Shown here: positions 16,262-31,246 of the stretch, in pieces | Numbering within the stretch: position 1 is the stretch's first letter | How the letters are laid out: each line of letters starts with the position of its first letter | Assembly: GCA_012295275.1 (NCBI GenBank) | Contig: CM022674.1 | Coordinates: forward strand, 11,966,001-12,030,000 | DNA: 64,000 nt | Source: Chrysomallon squamiferum | Taxonomy: Eukaryota > Animalia > Mollusca | Reading direction: 5' to 3' | The notes under the pieces: model-generated | The model's database searches: none | Seen by the model: the letters and a program-made list of their open reading frames with translations, nothing else | What the model was told of the DNA's origin: nothing | Translations under genes and position numbers: made by a program

Positions 16262-17227
16262 ACTTACTGCTGATACTATTATTATTATTATTATTTATTG
16301 TCGTTGTCATTGTTGTTGTTTTTTTTATTATAGAAAAAAAGAATAAAATATAATTCTTAATAATACACGTGTACATGCAGTATAAAATATCTCTTTATAT
16401 ATTAAATAATCTTAAATGTCGTTTGTTTTTCAGCATAAATAATTGTTATTGACAGAAACTGGAGCAGTGTCTTGTTCGATTTTAACAAAATGTTTTGTGA
16501 TACTTTTAAAAGTTCTTTTCGACAGCTATATTGTATCTGTTCATAATCATTAATTAGTCACGTGATGTACGCATTTTATCTACTCGAGTTGTTTGTCTGC
16601 TTGAGTAATGTTTTCTGTACACAAACACGTGTTTCTACTTGAATCACGTGATGTGTATAGACATCAAGTTTTGTCTACTCGAGGTGTGTGCTGTATTACA
16701 CACTTAATGTCCTGTCTACACAAATAACTTATTATCTACTTCAGTCACGTAATATGTTTTGTCTACTCAAATATGTTTTGTATCAAGCGTCTAAGTTTTG
16801 TCTACTTGAGTAATGTATGTGTACACAAATCACGTGTTGGCAATTTGTGCCACGTGATGTGTACACAAGTCACGTATCAGTTCGTGTCACGTGATGTGTT
16901 CACAAGTCACGTGTTGTCAACTCGTGTCACGTGATGTGTAACAAGTACCCTGTCTACTTGAATCATGTTTTTTGTTTGTTTTTTTTCTGTAAAAAAGAAA
17001 ATTGTAATCGTTTATTGTCTACACACGTCTTGTATGTGTTCTGAATTACGTGTTGTTGATCGTCAAGTACTGTACGTCTGTCCCGTGTCTGTCAGTGTCT
17101 GCCTGATACACGCAAAGGTTTTAATCGTGTGAACTGTTATCTGAAGAAAATGTGTGTTATTTCAGAATAATCATGTTTTTGTTTCAGGTCATCTCGTTAG
17201 TCTTCATAATTATTTGCTGTTTAAACA

Positions 17228-17260
<33 letters not shown>

Positions 17261-18329
17261 TGCTGATACGTTTTATTCTATTTTAGTTAATATAAAAAAG
17301 GCTTGTAAAAGACAGGTATTTTTTTCTTAGAGTTTTTAAATTTCTTGTGAGGGAATGACTATTTTATTAGATATAAATTCTAAATATGTATGTTCCAATA
17401 TATGCATATATGCATAATAATTCTATATCACAAATTTTAAGCCTTTATTTAGACGAATTTGACCTGTATCCTACAATACGTACATACGCATGCCACATAT
17501 ATACATACATACATACATATATATATACATACAAAACAAACAAACAAATCAAAGAAAATTTAAATGTTTAAACCAAAGATTAAATTTAAAAAATAACAAC
17601 AAAACCCACATAACAACAACAAAAGTAATAATAACAATGATGATGATAATAATCAGAAAAAAATCACAAATCTTTCAGCTGAAATTACTTAATGTACACA
17701 AACAGCTGTGTGTCGCAGTTTGGTGTTCATTTTTATCAACTTGAGATAAAATCTTATTTCAGTACGCTAGTACTCATCTAAACTTTTCCAGAATTATTTT
17801 GAGTTATTTTCATCAAACATTCCACATTGATGTTTGTAGAGAGTTTAGATTTATTAAAGCAGTGAATATCTAGTTTCGCTTTGCGTTTTAAGTAATTACT
17901 TCGGTTTCTCACCAGGAGAAATAAAATTACTTGATATCTAGTTTCGCTTAAATATTTTAATAAATATTTCACTATTTCCATGGCTGTAAATAATATTTAG
18001 TTTTACTTTCATTGGCAGTGTAAGTTATCTTACTTGACTTATTTGAAAAATAACACGCTGAATTTGTACTTTCGCTTTCGTTTTCAGAGTTACCTCGCTT
18101 TCCCACGACTCGGCCGATCCCAGAGTTCTGCAGAGGCCGGAAGTGTCGACTGTTGTCGAATCGGATTGAAGAACGAGTGGCTGGAGGAGAACGGGAAGAC
18201 AGAAATGCACAATATATGTCAGTCAGACTCGTGCTGCTACAGCTTGAAGGAAATTGTTAACAGAAAACCTAATGGCGTATTTTACTCCATGTGTATTCCA
18301 AACTGTGGCCTGCACGAGGTACCAATGTC

Positions 18330-18383
<54 letters not shown>

Positions 18384-18629
18384 TTTATTACTGAAATTGT
18401 AGTTGTTGTTCTTGTTATTGATGTTGCTATTATTGATATTATTATTAATATTGTTAATTACTTTTTTATTGTTATTACTAGAACGACATTTATCTTTCAA
18501 CAATAAACAAACAAAAGAATCAATTTGAAAAGGTAATAAGACCAATTTATTAACATTTCTTCAACGTTCTGTTTACAGGAAGAAAACAAAAACGTCATTG
18601 GAAAATTGAAGGAACTCCTGCGGAAGTGA
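11269..18629 (+). CDS. SCP: Small cardioactive peptide (SCP/sCAP) precursor, 5'-partial (signal-peptide exon not located)
   Basis: Three phase-0 GT-AG exons: 11269-11301 (NYLAYPRLGRS), 18088-18318 (SYLAFPRLGRSQSSAEAGSVDCCRIGLKNEWLEENGKTEMHNICQSDSCCYSLKEIVNRKPNGVFYSMCIPNCGLHE), 18579-18629 (EENKNVIGKLKELLRK*). The YLAxPRx-G-R amidation/cleavage motifs and the CC..C..CC..GVFxSMC..KLKxLL tail match the Aplysia SCP precursor layout as I recall it. Confidence 0.93.
12251..12352 (+). CDS. Candidate cassette exon of SCP precursor (LSKQDVSDKLVQSVLNGQFYALPRRRHISAGPPV)
   Basis: Good acceptor ctccttgcag|; 102 nt open in phase 0; weak donor GTG|gtagta; FYALPR followed by basic residues resembles the SCP core. 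Confidence 0.4.
15057..15119 (+). CDS. Candidate cassette exon of SCP precursor (DRENRGGGLPFPMPRKRDQHL)
   Basis: ttttcttttag|GAC...TTG|gtatgg; 63 nt, phase 0-0, open; contains an RKR convertase-type site. Confidence 0.45.
16555..16965. repeat. Degenerate tandem repeat rich in CACGTG, in the SCP intron
   Basis: Recurring tcacgtgatgtgtacacaag and tgtctactcga/tgtctacttga motifs. Confidence 0.7.
18088..18318 (+). CDS. SCP: SCP exon: second peptide plus Cys-rich C-terminal domain
   Basis: ttttcag|AGT...GAG|gtacca; 77 codons; lies within supplied ORF 18034-18402. Confidence 0.93.
18579..18629 (+). CDS. SCP: SCP terminal coding exon
   Basis: gtttacag|GAA...AAG TGA; EENKNVIGKLKELLRK resembles the KLKSLLQK end of gastropod SCP precursors. 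Confidence 0.88.
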   Translation, partial: EENKNVIGKLKELLRK

Positions 18630-21579
18630 GCAGATTTGAAATTCCTTGTAATTATCGAACTGTGTATCCTACAACGCCGCAAAAAAAGCACGTGACATTT
18701 ACGATTCATCTGGTTCCAGTTTCATTGGTCACCTCATCGTTCATCGCTTCAGCCATCTTGATGACCTCAATACTTGCACTAAACCAGGAATCGGAATATG
18801 AAAAAACAACAACACCAATTACAAAACAAAATAATATCTTTACAAATATATCTTAATAAATTTTGTAGTGAAATAAGTTATTTTAATTTTTAATTTCATA
18901 GTATGCACGTTTTGACGGGGCCGGGTAGGGATTACGTCATTATTTTGATCCAATGAAGTTATCCATCTTATGTGACTGACGAACATTTTTTTTAAAAAAA
19001 ATTGGGAAAAATTAAAAACAAAAAAGAAATATTTAAAAGAAATGTCTAACTTTACTGTTTGTATTAGTGTGAAAAATATTAATAATAAAAAGCACGTGTT
19101 CAAATTGTTGGTTTTGTTTGATGTTTCAAGAGTACTTGACCTGATTACCTCATCTCACAAATGAGAATGGGCAAGCAAACGTGTAAAATATTTGTTAATC
19201 GATCATCTTTCGACAGTTCTGTTTGCTTCATCAAATTGTCATCAGGATTTCACTAAAAACATAAAAGCAGCTACGCACATAGAATATGAGAAAGTATTGA
19301 GGACTTCATCAGCTGTTTATTGTTATGTAAAAACATTTGTGGTTGGTCTTTGAACATGTGACAATTTCACCGTGTATTGTATAAAAGTTCTGAGTGCTTT
19401 AAGTATAAATGAGTGACTTATAACATACAAAAACGCAATCAAAAACACAATTAAAAATTCTGCACGCTTAACAAGTTATTATCCACATTTCGCTCATAAT
19501 AAGATGATGTGATTTGATAAAATCGTTAAGGTTTATTGAGAATAGTATTTTCCATTCGACACATTTCAGCACTGGTTCTTCTATAAACTCTGCTAATATT
19601 CCAAGCAAGCGTAATTTAAATTAAGAGCGAGAAGCTGTGTGAATACATTTCTTGATCAAGGTATTCAAAGTTCCTAGCTGGAAAAAAGATATCGTACAGT
19701 TTTTGATATTTTTTAATTATACAGTTACCGTGTATTTTCTTGCTATATATTAATTACATACAGTAATTTCCATCAAAATTCCTTGAGTTCGTGAGATGGT
19801 CGAAAAACGCCAGGAGGTCCTATTTGCGTGGTAACAGATTTCTTTTTACTAATAATCTAAATACTGTTAATATTTATCAGACACTTTGCATGTGGATGAG
19901 TTTTTAATTACGTTCCTCGATGGCTAAGTTTGGTTTTAGCTGTTTAACTTCTGTCTTTGCAAAACAGACGAGCAACCGAACGAAGAAAAATATGTTTATT
20001 TACAACTTAAACCTACTAGCTGTCAAAGATCATCACTCGAAACTGTCGACACAGAAATATTCAGTTATTTTCAGTGTTATATCATCACATCATCATTATT
20101 AATATCATATTATTATTATTTACCTCATCAGTATTATCATCTCATCAGTATTATTATTATTATCATCATCATCATCATCATCATTATCATTATCATTAAT
20201 AAGCTGTTTTTCCTAATGCCATTAGTCACATGATCACACAAAAATGGGAAGATTCGATGGAGAGTCAAAGGTTGCATGAAAAGTCGACATTCAGAAACGT
20301 TTGGGACGCGTTCAGTTAAACCGATATAACCGTTACCATGGTAATGTCTAAACGTTTTGTCTATCTTCTTTGCACCATTTCTACTGAGTAGATTTCGACT
20401 GATACAAAACATCATCCTTTGTAGATTTCCTACTTCCATGAACTTAACGTCAGTTGTTTAACTTAGACAAAAATATAATTTTAAAATGAATACAAAAAAA
20501 AAAAAAAAAACAAAAAAAAAAAAAAATAAAATAAAATAAAATAAAAAAATAAAAAATAAAATAAAATAAATAAAAAATAAAATAAAATAAATAAAAATAT
20601 AAAATTTAAATCAAAGGCAAATTAAGTGCAACGCGTTTGGAAGATCGTAAATTATTCTGACAGTTTCTGGTAAATTTTAATTATCTGGTCGATTACACTC
20701 TTCGTTTCTGAGAATCGTAAATTATTTCCTCCAAATTTACGCTGTCAAGATTTTTTTACCCCCTGCTCACTTTGTCCATGTCATTGAACTTTACAATAAA
20801 TAATTAGTAATAATAATCATCATCATCATCATTACAATAATAATCATAATATTAAATAAATAAATAAATAAAATTAATAAATAAATAAACAAATAAACCG
20901 ACCCCCAAAAAACAAACATATATTTACATACATATATATATATATATAAACAACACCTTTTTCCATTTACCTGACTGTTAATTTCAGACTTAACGACCAT
21001 TGATTATGTCTAGTCGCCATCTACACAAATTTAGTTACAAGTTTTCTTTTCACGCGCAATGTTTTGAAAGTAATTTGTCCAGGATTAAAATAAATAATAA
21101 AAACAAAAAAACAGAGTAGAGACTGGGAAATAACCGCTGCCTCCAGAGATGCTTTGTTTACGGGCTGTCGAAAGAAGACTTACGCAAGGCTAAAATTAAT
21201 TGAAAAAACGACTCAAGTGTTAGCGAGTCTGACAGTGGGTTTGTTTCTGCTGACTGGCGAGCCGCTGTTTCAGCGCGAAAAACTCTGTATCGAATAACAG
21301 CGAGAAAACTTTGTTTTCCTCTTTGTCTTTCTGCTGTCTCTCTGAGGAAATCAATTGGCGATTACGATAAATCATTCCTTTAGAAGATTCGGCTGTTTGT
21401 TTGAGCCTGCGTGGTAGCGAGGTGATGCTGTTATTTAAGCAATTAACGGGCTTTGTTTTCTCGCTGCGCGGGAATTAATACGAACAGCGGTTTTTTAATC
21501 GATTTTCAGGACACGTTTGTTCGTTTGTCCTGAGTAACGAGTCTCGTCAAAGGCGAACAGGTTGCAGAAAGGTGTGATA

Positions 21580-21678
21580 GAAAGAAAAGAAAAATATAAA
21601 CAGAGTGAGAGAAGAAAAGAAAAATATAAACAGAGTGAGAGAAGAAAAGAAAAATATAAACAGAGTGAGAGAAGAAAA
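21580..21678. repeat. 30-bp tandem repeat, ~3 copies
   Basis: cagagtgagagaagaaaagaaaaatataaa at 21601, 21631 and partially 21661. Confidence 0.9.
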
Positions 21679-22431
21679 TAATTACTGGTGAAATAGAGAA
21701 CTTTCTATGCATAAAGAGTGAAGCGAAAAAGATCGCTATAAAGATAAGGGTTATGGCCCGTAAAGTCGACAGCTGGTTTAAACGATCTTAAAATTGTGAC
21801 GACTTAGCGGGACAAGCTGGAATGTACCAGAGAGGATCTGTCGATGTCCCGGGATTCCTTAATTGACGTTTTACCTGGTTGACGGTGTGCGCAGTCAAAA
21901 GGTAACAACGAGATGTTACTGTACAGCAGTTACTACTACTACTACTACTATTTCTACAATTCAGTTTCTGTTCAGTTTATTTATTTGCCAAAGTCAGCAT
22001 GACTATAAACACAAGACAGACAAGAATACAGTTATAAAACAGAAACAGTTGTGTAATAGGTTACAGTATACAAACACAGGAATACAAAAATTAAACATAA
22101 GAATTAGAATAATAAAAATATAAACATATAGTTCTTATATATAGGTAGTTAGAAATTAAATTACATATTTATCAAGATTCCTTAAACTTTTTTTTTTTTT
22201 GAAGATAAAAGATTGATGTTAAAAGTAAATGGTCTTGTATACAAATATTTCTTTAAATTAATAAAATAAACATTTTCATGCAAAATGGAATTCATTTTCA
22301 ATGTATCCACGGTCACACGCACACACACACACACACACACACAGCAGTGTTTCATCTAATCTGTTTGATGTACAGGACAGCACTAACCAAGACTTTTCCT
22401 GTACTAAAATACTGAGAGAAATAAAATAAAA

Positions 22432-22462
<31 letters not shown>

Positions 22463-22484
22463 AAAAATAAATAAATAAAATAAA

Positions 22485-22515
<31 letters not shown>

Positions 22516-22976
22516 TAATAATAGACATACTTTATTAATTCTGCTGTGCTATATCACAAAACAATGTTTTTACCACGTCTACAGATCTCGGTTTGACATT
22601 TCGATTCGGTCCAAGCACAGACTTCTGCTTTCACTGTTCGCGAGGTTTGTGAAGCGGGGATGACTTTGTTTTCATTAACAACAGTCAGTAATTGACGAGG
22701 AGAAAATCTCCCTCATAGTGAGGCAGGTTAGTTAGTAATCGGTTTAGTGTAAGAATTCCTTGCGAAAATATTATCTATAAATGAACGAAACAAAGAGAGC
22801 AGAACGAAAGAAAGGAATGAAGGAAAATAAAAAGTAAAGGAACGACAAGAAGGAGGGATAAACTTTAAGAAGGACGAATGAAATAATGAAAGCGAAGGAA
22901 AAAGAGAGAAAGAAAAAAGAAGAAAGAAATAAAGAAATTAATGGCATACGGAAGAAAGAAAAAATATGAAAAAGTA

Positions 22977-23008
<32 letters not shown>

Positions 23009-23512
23009 AACAAATCTATGAGAGACAACAGAGAAATAAATAAAATATAGTAATAAACATAAACAAACAAGCACATAAATAAATATAAAAGAAGTAATAA
23101 ATAAATAAAATATAATTAAAAAGAAAACTAACAAGAAAGAAAATGAAAAATCACAGATACAAACGACAGAGAACTGTCTCTCGGAATCTAATTATTTATA
23201 AAAAGAAAAATGGCGGACTCGCGTACTCTTTCAACTTTCAGTTATAAATAAAGTCATCAGACTAAGAAAATAAATAAATAACAAATTAATGCAGTAATAA
23301 AAACAAGTACAGACTTGTGTTAGAAACTTGTCCATTCAGTGTGTCAGTACCTCGTCGTATTTCAAGGAAAAAATAATTAAAAATACTGATTAGATTTCTT
23401 TCATGACGCAACAAGATATTGTTTAAAGAAATAATATCTGTTGAAAAAAAAAAAAAAAAATAATAATGACAATAATAATAAATATAATAGACATAAAATT
23501 AATAAACATAAA

Positions 23513-23561
<49 letters not shown>

Positions 23562-23915
23562 TAATAAATAATAAATGAAATAAACATAATAATAGTAATA
23601 AAGAGAATAAAACAAATAAAAAGTTATTTACAGTGGTGCTGTAACAAAAAAACATTAATAAGCACATTCATTTTGTCAAATTTGGTTTTATAATATCTAA
23701 CTCTTCGGATAATTAATTAATTAGGTGTAAAGTGCGTACACCCAGGACATGCTGACGCCCACGAGAATAATTTAAAACCACATTTCACACTGATTACACT
23801 GACAGTTAGATGACTGGTAGTTAAACCTGATTTAGGAAGTTATCTCCCGTTAATCGATAAGGGGCGATAATTACGTCGTATTATTTACTGGTTAACGTTA
23901 AGATCAAGATACTAA

Positions 23916-23988
<73 letters not shown>

Positions 23989-26900
23989 GTTTGTGTGAAT
24001 AGGCTTTAGAGATAATTTCATTTAAGAGGGGAGATTGTTTGCTAGAAAACGCCTACAAATGTAATATTTACAAGTACATAACAGATATGTTTTTGTGTTA
24101 CTTAGAATATCGACTCCATACTATTATCCTCTCTTTTTACACGATTGCGTGTTGAAAGACCTTGAAGAAAATAATAAATGCGTAATGGGAATGATAATGG
24201 AAGGTGAATATTAGTTTATTTTCAAATATCCCGAACAATATATTTTCAACATATGTCAAGAAATGTTAATGAAGAAAACCACCAGAAACAATTATTTTTG
24301 TTAAGAAAAACCCCCAGTAACCTTGACAGATGTCTTTAAAATATATTTTACTTATTTCGTTCTCTTCTTATGTAACTGTCCATCCTTTATGTGCACTACA
24401 TCAAAAGTAATTTATATATATATATATAGCACAAACCATGGTAACAGTCGTAGTATCTGTAGCTGTATTTATATATTTATTTTATTTATTCAGAATTAAT
24501 CTCACGTCATCATCTCCTATTAAATTTTCTCGTTATACGCGATGACAAACACACGTCACTGTGTAGAAAGTTGATTCGTCAAGCACCCGTCCATTCGTCT
24601 GTCTGTCCGCCTCGAGCAAACCTTTGACGGTTTTGTGATCACTTCTCAGTGGCGACGAAACACTTACAGCCACCTACAGCATCCCCGAGTGCAGTCGCTA
24701 ATTAGTTACAATGACGTGCTGAATCGCTTCATACGTCAAGTCGTGGATGATTGATGGGTGGGCAAAATGAAGTGAGAAAACGTTAAAGAGATGGAAGTAA
24801 GGAAAGAAGGACGGAAGAATGTAAAGAATTTGAAGAAAGAATATCTAAAAGAAGAAAGGAAGGAAGAAGGAAAAAAATGAAAGAAAGAATAAATAAAAGA
24901 AGAAAGGAAGAAAGTAAAGTGAAGAATAAATAAAATAGCGAAAGAAGGAATGAAGAAAGAAAGTAAAAGAAAGAATAAAGGAATGACTAAATAAAATAAG
25001 GAAAGAAGGAATCAAGAAGGAACGAATGTAAAAGAAAGAAGAAATAAAAGAAAGAAGAAAGAAAGAAAAGAATGATGAATAATTAAAAAAGAGAGAGAGA
25101 TAAGAAGACAAGAGGATTATAATAACGATAATAATTATTAAAAAAAGATATAAACAATAAAGAGAGAATGATTTAATTTAATATTAATTTATGGAAATTC
25201 GCATATATTTTCCACATGCATGCAAATATAGACTACAAATGCACACTTTGATTAGTATGTATATATATAGACAGACAGACATACCAACAGACGTAGACTC
25301 ACACACAAATTTATATTTCGACCAGCTGTCGATACGAAAGAAAACTTGAAATGGTGTCACCGAATGAACACTTTTATATTATCTTACGTCGAATCCAATA
25401 TCGGTGAACTATTAAAGTTATTTAACAGTGTGACGTCATATGCACGAGCTATGACTGATAGCTATCGCTTAGATATTACGAGGATGATGGATTTTTTATT
25501 GCAATAATTTCACGGTAATGTATCTCGCTTTCCAGTCAAATTCCCTTTACGACATATCTGACTATTACGACATCTTTCAAGTATTCACTTTAAGCAAACA
25601 TTCTAAATCTACTTACTGTAATCTCGAAATTGTGGATTTTTTTTGTTGTTGTTGTAAAGCAGATTTTAAAAGGTATAGGCTCGTTGTAATGCTGATGTTT
25701 TATAACGCTGACACTGACAACAAAAAGAAAATAAAGATGTTTTATTCACACTGAGTAGATTACGTTGTCTCACTGATTTATGCATTTTTATTACAGTGCT
25801 ACCTGACATTTATTTCGCACTGATATTTTTAAATTGCTTGAGTTAATTTCAGAAACGAAATATTAAATAAAGTTTGCTTTATAAATTATATAAGAGTGAG
25901 AAAAACGAAACTATCACTTTACCATTACAGCAATCATAGTCAGTATCAGCATTTGCATTATTGCCAATAGTATTGCTTTTACCATTTATTCTATCAGTTT
26001 TACTGTTACTAGTGATATTATTACACTACTACTGCTGCTACCACTACTACTACTACTACTACGACGACTACTACTACTATATTACTACCTCTATTACTAC
26101 TATTACTACTACTCTAACAACTGTTACTACTACCACCACAACTACCATGACTGCTATTAATGCAACTACTACTTCTCTATTACTGTTTTACTACTGCAGC
26201 TACTACTGTTAACACTGCCTCTCTGCCACTGACGTTATTGCTACTACTACTATTATTACATCAGCTGTTATTACTACTACAGCTGTTAATATTGCTGCTG
26301 CTACCACTGCCGATACTACTATGACTACTACTACTACTACATCAACTGCTACTACTACTAGATTTTTAATATTGCTGCTACTACCACTGCCGTTACTACT
26401 TCTACGACTACACCAATTACTTCTACTACTACAACTTCTCTATCATCACTGTAACTGCTACTATTATTAACATTACTGTTTGATTTCTTTTCGCTTTTGA
26501 ATAATTCTTTTAAATTTTACTCTTTCACGTATCTTTATTTAGAAACTTTATATATTTAAATGAGTGTATTGCAAACAAGGTGAGACAACACTAAATTATC
26601 TGTCAGTCTGTCAGTCTCCTACCCCGGACCTTTGAGACTAACTACAAATACGTTTATTCTGTTTTTTCACCCGCTGGACAACGGAGTCCGTGTGGAGATG
26701 GACACAACATTTTCATGTAAACTGTTTTAGACATTTCTATCAGACATCTTGAAATTTTTGTCTTGTTAGTGTAGTTAGGTCAGTAGCTAAGTCTAAAAAA
26801 TAGTGTCAGGAAAAAGAACAACAAAAAAAAAAAAAAAAAAAAAAAACAGAAGAAGAAGAAAGAAAAATAACAACAGCAAAACAACACGAAACAATAAACA

Positions 26901-28316
26901 ACAGAAAACTAAGAGAATACCGAAATGTAATTGAAATCATTAATAATACAATAATAATAATAATAATAAACTAAAATGAAAAGAAATAAAGAAAAAAGCC
27001 AATAAAAATATACAGAAAAACAATAAATTAAAAGGACAACATACAGAGTAAAGACAGTAACCAAACTGTTCTTTTAGTGCATTTCTCGTTTCTATTATTA
27101 TCTTCTTTTCTTTTTTTTTTTTTTTTTTTTTTTGCACCGAAAAGGAGAACGTCCAAGTGGAGATAATTGACTTTTACAATGAATAAGCAAACCGAGACTA
27201 ACACAGACCGCAAAAAAACAACAACAACAAAAAAACAAATTTTACTATGATTTTTATTTTTGTTATAATTTTTTTGTTTTTTGTTATGCTGTTTAACCTT
27301 TCGTTGTGCTTATGCAAGATTAACAGATTATCTCCCCTGGGATAAACCGTTTCACGGAGAAATTAATTGTGGATTGGCATCTCTGAAAAACAGGCAATTA
27401 CAATTAAGGAATATTAATTGCTGTTTCGAACCAATTGTGTCACGTGACGTATGAAAAAAAGAAAAAGGGATGAATAGCTATGAAGAGACGCGATAAAAAA
27501 AACGAGTGTGTTTTATCCATTTTATTATATTTCTGAGTAATGTTGTTTTGATGATGTTTGTGCAGTAAAATCCTTTTTAGGGTACATTCTACGTCATCTT
27601 CTGTAGATTGGAAAATATAAATAGAATGAAGGAAGAGAAATAACAAACTAATAAAAAAAATGTCATAAATAATAAATAAAAACACTACAGAGTAATGCAT
27701 AGCTAATGAAGGAAGGGAAAATGGAAACGATAGAAATAATGATTTAAAATTAAAATTTTACATTATTTCAATCGTTGTTATTACTTTTATTACAAATACA
27801 TATACCCGCACATCCAAACATACATACATACATACATACATACATACATACATACATACATACATACATACATACATACATACATACACACACACATACA
27901 TGCGTATTTGCACACATATACATACGTAAAACCAGACACATATATAGATACATGCTGCATACACATGTAAGTATGCACTAACATACACACGTTTATTCAT
28001 GAAATATACACACATACATAATTATATGAATACAGATATAATGTTATACATGAAAAACTGGATCCATATACATACAGATATACACGTTCATATTCATAAA
28101 TAATATACCATACATATATATTAACACATACAATGTACAAAAACATAGAGGCTACTGTTATATTTAAATAACAGAAGAAAAGACATTTTTTTTTATTCCA
28201 CTTTTAATTAGGTTGAAGGAAAAGGGGTTTGTCTAAGATTACTGTCAAGCGAGTAAAATGTTGTTCGACTTTTTTCTTATTTTTCATATTTCAATCGTAA
28301 ACAGACTGGAAACTCT

Positions 28317-28379
<63 letters not shown>

Positions 28380-28398
28380 TATAGTAGTAGTAGTAGTA

Positions 28399-28445
<47 letters not shown>

Positions 28446-29069
28446 TTATGTAATTTACATGTTTATCATTAAATATATTTATACATTTATATGGGATAAT
28501 AACTCTGTAATTATAATTAACTTATATGTTATTATATTTCATTAACAGACTCGCAGACACAGATAAATAAAAAATAAATAAATAAAAATAACACGTTTTC
28601 ACATACATACAAGTATATATATATGAAGATGCATAGTAATAAGAAATCATAAATCAAATAACAGTCTTAAACTGTGAATGAAGTAGCTGTGTGTATTATT
28701 TGTTACAATATACGACTACAGACATTCACATTAACAAAACACACACATACACGTATGTACACAAAGATAAAGATGTATATTATTAAAAAAAATAAAAAAA
28801 ATCAGGTTACAATTTTAAACTCTGAATGAAATTCTAGCTGTGTAAGAGAAATATGAAGAGTATCACACACGCCTACTACTACACAGATGATGTTAATGCA
28901 ATAAACAGATCTGTGTTAACGATTTCAGGTATTTCATGGAATGATGAATATGTGTAAACTAATATTACACATTTTTAGGTAACATCTAGTGACCACACTC
29001 CAGTTACATTCCAGTTCCAGGCTCGTAAATTACACAATGAAATGAGGAAGTTTGAAAACACCTCCAGGC

Positions 29070-29230
29070 TTAGAGCGAGTCGTAGCGGGTCTTCGCTTCA
29101 TACGTAATCACTGGGTTGTAGGATCGATTCCAAACACTGGCTTTTAAAACATTCCAAGGTTATTAGTGGTCGAGTTAAAATCTGTTCAGTCACTCGGAAG
29201 ATGACATAGAAAACAAACCCTCGCTAATAA
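29070..29230 (+). mobile_element. Possible degraded SINE
   Basis: B-box-like GGATCGATTCC in a GC-richer block followed by an A-rich/(AAAC)n tail. Confidence 0.25.
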
Positions 29231-30271
29231 TGAAATAACAAACAAACAAACCCCCCCAAAAAAAAAAAAAAAACAAAACAAAACAACCCCCCCAAAAAAA
29301 ACACACACAAAGAACATCTAAAAATAATAAATTAATACAATAAATAAATAAATACAAGCATCGCTACTTTATTTCAAAAGACTATATATTAGAAATAATA
29401 AGATGTATGTGTATAATACATACATACATACATAATCCATATATATATATATGCGCGCGCGCGTGTGTGTGTGTGTGTGTGTGTTTGGTTTGTAAGTAAT
29501 CTTTAAGCTCTGATGACGTAATTAAATTTGAAGGACTATTATTTCATTACAAGAGGATGAAACATCTCAGAAAAATCTCTTTTCTCAGCAAAAGAGTATT
29601 CAATGCTTATTATCGGTAAAAGTTAATTTATGTGTAAATAAAAGTTTGTGATGTGAATAATGTACACATAACAGACTGATTAAATTATTTTTAATTTCTA
29701 CTTTGTTTCTCGCAACAAACAAACTAAATAAACAATTAAATAAATAAATAAAAAAATTTAAGAAAAAAAAATCTAATTCTAATAAAGAGCACAAAAATGT
29801 CTCCATTGATGTTGGTTATTATTACTTTTTCATGTATTCATCTGTTCATTAATCATTTTCTCCATCAGTTCATTCGTTCATTCTTTCATTTATTCATTTG
29901 TTCGTTCATTCATCCATTCATTCAGCAATTTATTCATTCCTTTATTTATTTACTACATAAAAAATATATGACCTATGGTTATAGGAAAACGGATTTTTTC
30001 TTTTAATATTTTATTTCTGCGGACTGGTTGTAAAAATATGGTACAAGATAATTAAATTAAATGAAATTAAATTAAATTAAATTAAATTAAATGCTATTTT
30101 TCAAGAATAACAAAAATCTAAATATCACTATCACCGCACCACACCAGCATCAACATTGACAAAATAATAATACAGATGATAATAATGATGATAATGATAT
30201 TAATCATGATGGTGATCATAATTATAAAAAAACCATAATGAAAATCTATAATAAAAAATAAAATATAATAA

Positions 30272-30302
<31 letters not shown>

Positions 30303-30723
30303 TAAAAATAAAATAAAATAAAATAAAATAAAACAGAATAAAATAAAAATAAAAATAAAAATAAAATAAAATAAAATAAAACAAAAAAATAAAAATAAAA
30401 ATAAAAATCACCAAAATTGTTCTCTAATTTCTAATGCGTACAAAGTCTGGTCACTACAATTAGGGTGAAGTGGACCTCGATTTCTGATTAATTTGTCAAA
30501 AACTGTCAGTTCGGCATGCGCATTACCGTCACAGGTAATTTTTCACCTGTCGTCTTAATTAACCGCTGTCATGCTGAAATATTAATTAATTAAACAGTAA
30601 CAAAGAAAGAGTAGAAATAATTAAAATTCCGTCAGTGGTCGAGTGGTTTATAAAGATAATTTCTTTGCGAATTATTTCATTTCAGTTTGAACAGTTTTCC
30701 AGTGTGGTGATCTTATTTTAAAT

Positions 30724-30848
30724 ATGTTTTCGCTTTTGATTGTTGGTAAGTATGAAAAGTTTAAACTTTGAATTTCATATAATACTGAAAAAAAAATGTT
30801 GATTAATATTATTTAATTAGATGAATTATGATTACAAAATTGATATAC

Positions 30849-30887
<39 letters not shown>

Positions 30888-30958
30888 AAAAAAAAAACGA
30901 AAAAAAAAAAAAAAAAAAAAAAATTGAAAAGAAAAGAAAAAATGAAGAAAAAGCATTA

Positions 30959-31016
<58 letters not shown>

Positions 31017-31195
31017 TGAATGTGTTAAATACATTGCAAAAAGTGTGTTATTTATTTATAGTTAATTACAATTTGTATTTTTATTTATTTTATAGTATGA
31101 CAGTTACTACTATTGCTGCTACTATTACTACTACTATAAAACTACATTACAATTATTATATTACTTATTATTTATTATTATTATATTAATTATTA

Positions 31196-31246
<51 letters not shown>

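Noticed and set aside
18630-30723. Functional link between SCP and the adjacent surface-protein array
   Set aside because: Adjacency at 12 kb in a eukaryote is not evidence; conserved synteny and co-expression would be needed.
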